64,000 bases of DNA from Longimicrobiales bacterium (GTDB taxonomy: Bacteria > Gemmatimonadota > Gemmatimonadetes > Longimicrobiales > Gaopeijiaceae), in contig OZ241869.1 of NCBI GenBank assembly GCA_965202805.1, positions 1,088,001 to 1,152,000 on the forward strand. The letters run 5' to 3'. Position 1 is the stretch's first letter. Every line of letters begins with the position of its first letter. Shown piece after piece: positions 22,605-30,320 of this stretch. The translations under genes were made by a program, and so were the position numbers. The notes below the pieces were generated by a model, which had not been told where the DNA came from, did no database searches, and worked only from the letters and a program-made list of their open reading frames with translations.

Positions 22605-22720
22605 GCCAGATGTGTTTTCGTTTCACGAAAACCGCTGGCCGGGGGATGCCCCCGGACCCCCGAACGACACTTCCGCGCGCCACCAAAGGAGGCCGCCCGA
22701 CATGGCCCGTCCCCGGAAGT
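22605..22720 (+). other. oriT-like inverted repeat followed by RBS and MARPRK start (possible mobC remnant)
   Basis: gccag-atgt-gttttcg / cgaaaac-cg-ctggc inverted repeat. AAGGAGG at 22686 and ATG 22702 (MARPRK); similarity is lost afterwards. Confidence 0.35.
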
Positions 22721-22837
22721 GGGTCCGGGAGCCGGACGGGCGCGGCGATGCCGAGCAGCCCGGCGGCCAGCCGGTCGGCGAACGGGTCCTCCGCCGCCTC
22801 GAAGCGGCGCTCGATACCCTTCCCGGAGGGATCGCTG

Positions 22838-23890
22838 GTGCGGGAGCGACCCCTGGAAGGCAGGCGGCGAGTTGTGAAAACACACTCGGCGCTGTGCCGC
22901 ACCAAGCCCTCTGGGCGGGGGGTCGCTCCCGCCACGGCACCTGTCGCCGGTGCGCCACCGCGCACCCGGCGGTGGTGCCGCCAAGACGTTGCCGCGCCTG
23001 CGGATAAGCAGTAATGCCGGTGTGAATCGCCGGAGGGTCAAAGTGTGAATCGTACCCCTGCGTCGTTTTCACACCCCGGTGCGGCTCGGGAGGGAGCGCC
23101 GGGGCCTTGGCGAGCCGCGCGTCGCTCCGCTTTCCGACCGGGCCGGGGATCCGGCCTTGCGACGAGGCCGCCGTCAGCCTCTACGCCGTCCGTCGCGATG
23201 CGGTTCGGACTGGCCACAGCGCCGCAGGACTTGCTGATGTCGCCGCACAGGTCGGGAAGGCCAACCCGGTCGCCGTGCATCGGGTTGGCGGCTAGGTCGG
23301 GGAGACCCCCGGACCTTGCCTCCGGGCCGTCCCTCGGCTGGTACAGCGGCATTTCGGGTAACCTACGGGCCGCAGGATCGCCTAGGATCGACGACCGCCG
23401 GTCCCCGAGGGACGGGTAGGCTGAAAAGCGGAGCGCGCGGCAGGGAGTCGTCACCAACGAGTGACGGGCCGCCGGTCGCTCCTCGCGGTCCTTGAGGCTG
23501 GCGACCAACAGCCCTGGCCTTCCCCGTGACCCGGTCATGCAAATCACGCGGGAATCTGCATGATTGGTAGAGACAAGCCAGCCCACGCAACGTTTAACGT
23601 CGCGGTCTGGCCAAGGGGGCGCTGCGCCCCCCTCGAACCCCCAGCATTCTGCGCCGCCGCCAAAGGCCGCGGACGGGTTGGCGAACACCGTTCCCGCAGC
23701 GCCATCGCCGGTACGCTCATGTACGGAGCGAAAGGCCGCGTTCGCCGTCCGCGCCGACGGCTGATGGGCTGGCAGAGGCAGGGGGGGCGAGTTCTCAACC
23801 CCTTGAGACGGGGACGGGACGAGGCCTACGTTGATGAGGACGGTGCAAGCGGTGGCACGGAGGTTTCCAAGCCGACCTGAAACGTAGCGT
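22838..23890. other. Non-coding region dense in stem-loops
   Basis: No ORF with convincing protein character. 14-bp (22840/22919), 11-bp (23327/23405) and 9-bp (23260/23281) perfect stems, plus many hairpins. Confidence 0.4.
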
Positions 23891-23931
23891 CGCGCCCGGT
23901 CCACCGAGTACCAGTGCGAAGGAACTACAGA

Positions 23932-25266
23932 ATGAGAAGAGAGCGATTGCCCCGGCCCCGGCGGCTCGTGCATACGACCGGTGCTGCGTGGGTTTTCGGT
24001 GTACTGCTGCCCCTTGCAGCCTGCGGAGACAGCGGGGAATCCCTGTCCACACAAGCCCAAGTCGCCGACTCGGCGGGCATCGCAATCGTCACCAATCCGC
24101 CCAGCGACGCCGTCTACGCCACCGTCGCCCCGGAACCGATCCTCTCAATCGGTGCCGTCGAAGGCCCCGACGAGGAACTCTTCGGGCGCATCGCCTCCGC
24201 CACGCGCGACAGCGCGGGCAACTTCATCGTGGCCGACGGGCAGTCCGGCGATATCCGCATCTTCGACTCGGGCGGCACCTACCTCCGCACCCTCGGCAAC
24301 TCCGGTGAGGGGCCGGGCGAGTTCCGGGCGCTCGCGGGCGCATGGCCCACGGCGGAGGGCGTCATCGTCGCGGTGGACAGGCGGCTTGACCGCATCACAC
24401 AATTCGGCCCGCAGGGCGAACTGCTGGCCACGGCGACCCTCAGGGGGCCCGGCGAGCAGCCCCTGATCACCCCGATCCGCCTTGCGGGTTCCGACGCCCT
24501 GCTTAGCCGGGTGCAATCGTTGAACGTCCCCACGGTGGTGGGGCAGGGCACGTTCAGCTTGGAGGACGCCCTCGAAGGGTTATCGAACCCTCTCGGCAAC
24601 AGACCCGAGTACTTGGTCCGGCACGACTTGGCGGGGACCTTGATCGACACCGTGGCGACAGTTCCCGGTCAGGCCACCGAGATTTCCACCCAAGATCGCG
24701 GAGCCAACATGTCGATCATGATGATTCAGGTTCCATTCTCGGCCGCACCCGTCGCCGCCGCATCCCCGACAGGGCGCGTTGCCGTAACCACCGGCCGGTC
24801 GTACGAGTTCTCCCTCCACAATCCCGGCGGAACCCTGGAGCGCATCGTGCGCCTTGCCAAAGAGCCGCCCGTCCGCACCGACGCGCACGTCGAAGCCTGG
24901 GTGCGCGGGGGCTCGGCATCCGGCCGCGAGTCCCCCGACGACGCGCAGGTCGAAGCCACCATTCGCCGCTATGAAGAAATGCCCATGCCCGAACGGCTCC
25001 CCGCTTGGAACTCGCTGCTCATCGCCGACAGCGGCCAGATCTGGGCGCGGCGCTTTGCGATTCGGGGTGGCGAGACGGTTCCCCGAGACGTGTTCGGCGC
25101 GGATGGCAACTATCTGGGCCAGGTCGAGGTCCCCGCCAACCTTCGCATTCAGCATATTGCCGAGGGGAGGCTGACCGTCGTATCCACCGACGATCTGGGC
25201 GTCGAGCGCGTCGAGGTGTACGAACTGCAACTGATGACTTCGGCGCGCGGTGCCGGAGGGCCTTGA
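23932..25266 (+). CDS. 6-bladed beta-propeller (NHL-like) lipoprotein
   Basis: Lipobox LAAC, DSAGIAIVTN, FIVADGQSGDIRIFDSGG, GEGPGEF, DDLGVERVEVY. AAGGA RBS upstream. Confidence 0.85.
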   Translation: MRRERLPRPRRLVHTTGAAWVFGVLLPLAACGDSGESLSTQAQVADSAGIAIVTNPPSDAVYATVAPEPILSIGAVEGPDEELFGRIASATRDSAGNFIVADGQSGDIRIFDSGGTYLRTLGNSGEGPGEFRALAGAWPTAEGVIVAVDRRLDRITQFGPQGELLATATLRGPGEQPLITPIRLAGSDALLSRVQSLNVPTVVGQGTFSLEDALEGLSNPLGNRPEYLVRHDLAGTLIDTVATVPGQATEISTQDRGANMSIMMIQVPFSAAPVAAASPTGRVAVTTGRSYEFSLHNPGGTLERIVRLAKEPPVRTDAHVEAWVRGGSASGRESPDDAQVEATIRRYEEMPMPERLPAWNSLLIADSGQIWARRFAIRGGETVPRDVFGADGNYLGQVEVPANLRIQHIAEGRLTVVSTDDLGVERVEVYELQLMTSARGAGGP

Positions 25267-25649
25267 AACGGAGCATCGGCCTTGCCCAAGATCAACAGGC
25301 CGGGCCGAACATCAGTGGAACGCCTTGGATCTTATCGGACCATTCGTTACAGGTCATAAATCCTTAACCAGTAACGGTTTCTGTAGCATCCGCCATCCCA
25401 CGGGCGGCGGCACTCTGCCGCGTCGCCGGCTTTCGGCCTACCTCTAAACCCTCGGGGATCTGCGATCGTCGATTCTGGGCGATCCCGGCTGTCGGCGGGC
25501 CTGTCTTGACCACCCGGAAGCGGGCCCCCGTGCTGCACCGCAGTGTACATGTCACATCGGGGTGCTTATGCACGGAAACCGCGTTCCGGTGTGCACGCCT
25601 CCGGTTCCGTATGTCGCTGGCGCGCTTGCGCGCATGGCAGCGACGGGCA

Positions 25650-26100
25650 ACCGGTGCGGAACGGGTTTGCCGCCGCCTTCGCGCGGGGCTCGCCGAGCTG
25701 GCCGATTGGACCGCCGCCAAGTGCGGAGGATCAGCCCCAGACATTCCGGCGGCGATCGAGGTTCCACATGAGCCGTATCCGCAAAACCTCGAAGCGGTTG
25801 GAAGTGTCGCTGTTGCCTGGTTCCTCGACCAACTCTTCGACATCCTCCGCGCCCCGGCCATCGCCGTCGCACCCGGAACCGCCGAAGCCGCAGTGGCTCA
25901 CATTAGGAGCGCCTCCGAACGCCTCTGTCCCGTCCACCGCCAACTCGCCGATGCCAAGCGGGAGATCGCCCGCCTGATCGACATCCTGGCCGACAGCGAG
26001 GACTCCGGCTCAGGCCAACCCGGGCCGTCGCACGACGTGACGGTCCTCTCCTTCCTGCCCCGAGTCGGCCAGACCGTCCTCGCCCACGCTGCTCGCCGAG
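25650..26100 (+). pseudogene. IS110-family transposase remnant with multiple deletions
   Basis: Fragments GLAELADW, AIEVPH, EAAVAHIRS and HDVTVLSFLPRVGQTVLA (degenerate SLPGVG HhH motif) in the expected order but far too close together. Confidence 0.6.
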
Positions 26101-26138
26101 CCCGAAGCGCTGGCCGCGCTGGAAAGCTCGATGTCTGA

Positions 26139-26290
26139 GGTGACCCGCGCTTCGAGAGCCGCGTGTCCATCTCCAACGGCCACGTCCACAACCTCCGGAA
26201 GACTCGGGCCTACCGCACCGGCCGCCGCTGCCATGCGCGCACGCGCGCCTCCTGGGTCACCATAGCCAACCGGCGCAAGCCACGGCTGGG
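26139..26290 (+). pseudogene. Fragment of an rve/integrase-core-type IS transposase
   Basis: GDPRFE...SISNGHVHNLRKTRAYR...TRASWVTIANRRKP resembles the segment preceding the DDE core in such transposases. Confidence 0.5.
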
Positions 26291-26579
26291 CCTGCGATCA
26301 TCGCACGAACGCGTTCCTGCTGCACGCTCGGTTTCTCGCCTCCCACTGCGCCCTTTGCTTGGAGCACTCCCGACACTCCCCGCCACCCTTGGTGTACGTC
26401 CTTTCCGGGCGTTCTTGGAGGGTCTCTGGCTCCGGCTTGGAGGAGGAACACGGCACGAGCCCTCGGGTATGTCCCGTGCGCCGCAGTTGTACTTTTCGGC
26501 GTTTTTTTTTGCGAGGGAACCGGCTGGGGACATCTCGAGTCTTCCCTCGCTTGCCTTTCTACCCACTACCTGAAGGGGG

Positions 26580-27011
26580 ATGATAACGATGAGGACATTC
26601 GTAACATTCTTGGGCAGCGGCTTGTTGATCGCCGGTGCCATGATCGCGTGTGAGGATGCAACTACGCCAGCCGACCCGGTTGACGAAGCCATCCTTCCCG
26701 GCCTTTTCCAGGCGATGGATCGGATTGCCCACGATGCCGATCTCGTAGTCGTCGCTAGAAAGGGGAGGACGTCCGCTTTGCGCGAAGGACCAACCTTTTC
26801 GCTTGGATCTGGCTATGTCGGCGAAGTGCATCGCCCAGACTTCGTGGAGGCTTGGGGGATGGTTGCGGCCGACGGCGACGATCCCGACTGTGAAGGCAGC
26901 GGGATCGGGTTTGCAAGGTGTGTCAAAAGGCACCTTGACGACGGTGAGGAATGCACCCTGCACAAAGAGATACCTACCACGCCCACTGTGAAGTGCCTGA
27001 AGACCCAATAG
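26580..27011 (+). CDS. Hypothetical lipoprotein (lower GC cargo)
   Basis: AAGGGGGA RBS, signal peptide ending MIAC, four further Cys in the C-terminal part. Confidence 0.6.
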   Translation: MITMRTFVTFLGSGLLIAGAMIACEDATTPADPVDEAILPGLFQAMDRIAHDADLVVVARKGRTSALREGPTFSLGSGYVGEVHRPDFVEAWGMVAADGDDPDCEGSGIGFARCVKRHLDDGEECTLHKEIPTTPTVKCLKTQ

Positions 27012-27055
27012 GGTGAAGAACGGCATCTTAGCCTAGTCGGGTTAGCAGTCCCACG

Positions 27056-27083
27056 GGGGGAGGCGGCTTCGGTCGTCTCCCCC
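27056..27083 (+). terminator. Stable UUCG hairpin downstream of the cargo gene (no U-tract)
   Basis: gggggaggcggc-ttcg-gtcgtctccccc. Confidence 0.45.
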
Positions 27084-27309
27084 TTAGGCTGAGGGGATGG
27101 TGGCTGCGTCGTCGTCGGACCTTGACCAACTACCCGACCGCGGTAGGTCCTCTCAAGCGGACGGCTAACGGCCGAGCGCAACTCAAGTCTAGAGAATTCC
27201 GGGCCGAACCTGCTCCCGATCACGCCCGCCGCCTCGCCGTGATCGAGACCACGAGCCCCGCGAAGGCCTTACCCGTTCCCCGGCCTGGGGAGCTTCTCAG
27301 CCCGGGCAA

Positions 27310-27385
27310 AAAGGGCTGTCCCGTCGTCGCCAAGCGACTCCGCCAGCGATTCGGTGCGGTCATGAGGTGGGCGATGGCCAAGGCT
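27310..27385 (+). pseudogene. Short remnant of a P4-like integrase
   Basis: PVVAKRLRQRFGAVMRWAMAK resembles the PETAxRVRQRIGAVMKWA helix of P4-type integrases. Confidence 0.5.
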
Positions 27386-27772
27386 TCAGCGAAAGCGACT
27401 CATCGGGTCACACATGCCTGCGGGTCGATGGCCTTCCTGCCAAGGACAAATGGAAGAGACAAGCGACCCCTAGAGGGCTCGGGGCCGGGTGTGAAAACGC
27501 GCACGGCCCCGTCCGCGATTAGAGGTTGCGGCTGTTGGTAGGGGCTTGCGCGGCCTGCGGCGGGGCATAGCCTTCCCGATACGGGCGTGCCGCCCCGTAC
27601 AGATTCGGACAACGAGACGATCTGCTGGTCCGTTGCAGCTTCCCGCCATTCTGATGCCATTTCCCCGCTGGTTTGGTTTAGTGAAATCAGATTAGGTCCT
27701 ACGACAAGAAGGGCAGATCGTGCAGTCCCAGTTGAACTTACATGACTTCTTGCCGTGATTCGCGTCCCCCTG

Positions 27773-27793
27773 ACCCTGACGTTACGTCAGGGT
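27773..27793. repeat. Putative att site, right (palindrome)
   Basis: accctgacg-tta-cgtcagggt with 9-bp perfect arms. Confidence 0.65.
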
Positions 27794-27843
27794 TCTGGAG
27801 GATGCGAGGGGTGGCGACCCGCAGAAGCCGGTACGAACCTCAT

Positions 27844-29172
27844 TCATCGAACCCCCACCAGCCCCTCCACGGCGCTCGCTTCCGTGGGCAGCGCCATGGT
27901 GAGATTCTCGACCCCCGAGGCGGTCACCAGCACGTCGTCCTCGATGCGGATGCCGATTCCTGCGAAGCGGGCCGCGGATCCCTCGGCGTCCTCGGGGAAG
28001 TAGAGGCCCGGCTCGACCGTGAACACCATCCCCTCCTCGAGTGGCCGGGACCGGCCATCGACGGCGTAGTCGCCGACGTCGTGGGTGTCGAGCCCGAGCC
28101 AATGGGAGGTCTGGTGCGGGAAGAACCGGCGGAGCGCCGCGCTTTCCTCCGCCACGCCTCCGGGCCTGCCCAGGACGCCGAGAGAGACCAGGCCGTCGGC
28201 CAGCACGTCGCACGCGGCTCCGTGCACCGAGCCTACCGACACCCCCGGCGCCGCAGCGGCGACCGCGGCCGCGCGGGCTTCGTCCACAATCTCGTAGACG
28301 GCGCGCTGCTCCGGGCTGAAGCGCCCGCCGACCGGATAGCTGCGGGTCACGTCGGCGCAGTAGTGGCCGAGCTCGGCGGCCGCGTCCACCAGCACCGGTT
28401 CGCCCGCCCGCGCCCGGCGCCGGCTCTCCGCGTAGTGGAGCACGCAGGCGTTGGCACCGGACGCGACGATGGACGGATAGGCGGGCGTCGCGCCCCCGTG
28501 CCGGCGGAACACCGCCTCGATGGCGGCCTGGAGCTCCCACTCCCCCGCCCCGGGCCGAAGCTCCCGGACGAGCGCTCGGTGCCCGGCGATCGTGAGCGCG
28601 GCCGCGTTCCGCAGCGACTCCACCTCCCCGGCGTCCTTGCGCAGGCGCATCTCGTCCAGAATCCCGCCCGGATCGATGACTCCGCGCGGCCCCGCTCCCT
28701 TTCGCGCGCCGCGGGCTCGGGCATGCGCGAGTGCGCCCCGCACCAGCCGGTCCACCCAGGGATCCGACCCCAGCCTGAAGAAGACGTGGCTCGCTCCCCG
28801 GAGCAGGGTCCCCAGCTCCCGCCCGAGTTCCTCCAGAGGATGACAGGCGTCCGCACCCAGCCGCTCACAGGCGGCTTCGGGGCCGAGCCGCCTCCCGCCC
28901 CACAGTTCCGCCGTCTCATCGCGCGGCCGAACGAAGAGCACGCAGCGGCTCGATTCGGCGAATCCGCGCAGGACCAGGACGCTTCCCGGCTCCGTGAAGC
29001 CGGTCAGATAGAAGAACTCGGAGTCCGGACGATAGGGGGACGGGTCGGCGCCTCTCCGGCACGCGTCCGCCGCCGCCGGCAACACCATGGCGGCGTCTCC
29101 CAGCTCGTCGAGCACCAGCGCCCGGCGCTCGCGGAAGATGTCGGCCGCCGGTTCGAAGGCCTCGGCCGGCAT
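27844..29172 (-). CDS. pepP: Xaa-Pro aminopeptidase (M24B)
   Basis: YRPDSEFFYLTGF, NACVLHY, DAAAE..YCADVTR, HQTSHWLGLDTHD, TVEPGLY, GIRIEDDVLVT. Confidence 0.92.
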   Translation of the reverse strand: MPAEAFEPAADIFRERRALVLDELGDAAMVLPAAADACRRGADPSPYRPDSEFFYLTGFTEPGSVLVLRGFAESSRCVLFVRPRDETAELWGGRRLGPEAACERLGADACHPLEELGRELGTLLRGASHVFFRLGSDPWVDRLVRGALAHARARGARKGAGPRGVIDPGGILDEMRLRKDAGEVESLRNAAALTIAGHRALVRELRPGAGEWELQAAIEAVFRRHGGATPAYPSIVASGANACVLHYAESRRRARAGEPVLVDAAAELGHYCADVTRSYPVGGRFSPEQRAVYEIVDEARAAAVAAAAPGVSVGSVHGAACDVLADGLVSLGVLGRPGGVAEESAALRRFFPHQTSHWLGLDTHDVGDYAVDGRSRPLEEGMVFTVEPGLYFPEDAEGSAARFAGIGIRIEDDVLVTASGVENLTMALPTEASAVEGLVGVR

Positions 29173-30308
29173 CACGCGCGCGCCAGGGCGGCGACCGTCT
29201 CCAGCCCCGCTTCCACCAGCGTCCACTGCAGCCTCATCTGGTCTTCCACGGGCATGGGCCGGATGCCGAGCCGGGCACCCTCGCGGGTTACCTCCGCCGG
29301 TGAGCTGCGCCCACACGCCAGTTCCGCCTTCCAGCCGTCGATGCGGGCCTTCCACCGCACCGCCACCGGATCCGGAGGGCCCAGCGTCTCCCCGACCCCA
29401 GGCGTGATGAACAGCGGCATCTCCGTCACCAGCGTGAGCGTGTCGCCCCCCAGCGAACGCACCGCCTCCATCGAGCTGGGACGGAAGCGCCCCGCCGTGG
29501 CCTCGTCCCCGAGCCCCAGAAAGTGCGCGCGCATGGCGTTGTGGTTCGGACGCGTGCAGAAGCCGGGCGCGATGCGCGCGAATCCCTTCTCCCCTTCCCG
29601 CTCCACGTCGTGCAGCCGGTATCCCATGTCGCGCACCACATCCGCGCAGCGGGCGCGCAGGGGCCTGGTGCGATCGACCCAGTGCGGATCGATGAGGAAC
29701 CAGGGTCCCGCCGAGAACCCCATCCCGTGCAGCGAGACGTGCAGGTCGAAGGAGCCGCTGGCGCTGGCCCACCACTTGTACGCCGCCCGGTTCTCGGGCC
29801 TGGCTGCCACGTCATCCGCGTCAGCGGGAAACCCGAACTCGATGTCGTCCCCGGGGAGTTCGCGCACGACGTGCGCCAGGTATTCGCCCAGTTCGAAGTC
29901 GAGCCCGCCTGCCTGCCAGGCGCGATTGCGCGCCTCCCCGTCGGGATTCACGTGCGGCACGATCCACCACTCGAATCGCTCGAGCATCGGATGGTCGGGG
30001 GCCAACCCGCCCAGCCATCCGCACAGCCTGGCGAGGAGCGCCGGTCCCACGGGCTCGTCGGCGTGACATCCCCCGAGCAGGCTCACGCGCAGGTGCCCGG
30101 AGCCGAACCGGAAGGCGTGGATGGGGCGTCCATCTCTGGAAGTGCCCATGCGCAGACCGTCCTCGGGACTCGCGGGACCTGCCCCGACGATCAGGGCCGG
30201 ATCCGCGCGCTCGCCGCCGGCCCCGTGCATGGCTCCGGCGTCGCGCATGGCTCCGTGTTCGCGCGTACCGCTGCCGGGCTCGCGTACGCCCCTCGAGGAT
30301 AGGCGCAT
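29172..30308 (-). CDS. M14-family zinc carboxypeptidase-like protein
   Basis: GGCHADEP (HxxE), PHVNPDG, SLHG, VTEMP. Start uncertain. Confidence 0.8.
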   Translation of the reverse strand: MRLSSRGVREPGSGTREHGAMRDAGAMHGAGGERADPALIVGAGPASPEDGLRMGTSRDGRPIHAFRFGSGHLRVSLLGGCHADEPVGPALLARLCGWLGGLAPDHPMLERFEWWIVPHVNPDGEARNRAWQAGGLDFELGEYLAHVVRELPGDDIEFGFPADADDVAARPENRAAYKWWASASGSFDLHVSLHGMGFSAGPWFLIDPHWVDRTRPLRARCADVVRDMGYRLHDVEREGEKGFARIAPGFCTRPNHNAMRAHFLGLGDEATAGRFRPSSMEAVRSLGGDTLTLVTEMPLFITPGVGETLGPPDPVAVRWKARIDGWKAELACGRSSPAEVTREGARLGIRPMPVEDQMRLQWTLVEAGLETVAALARA

Positions 30309-30320
30309 GTCCCTCCGAGG

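Larger units (their letters stand above)
21117..27786. mobile_element. Integrative element / genomic islet (~6.7 kb), largely decayed
   Basis: Terminal tyrosine integrase. Flanked by ACCCTG(C/A)CGTTACG at 21117-21130 and 27773-27786. AT-richer ends, TCCCGC motifs near both ends and IS debris inside. Confidence 0.75.

Noticed and set aside
23826..23887. Hammerhead-like words (UUGAUGA ... GAAAC, with CUACGUU/AACGUAG pairing)
   Set aside because: The core is not CUGANGA, there is no room for stem I, and stem II is not clean.
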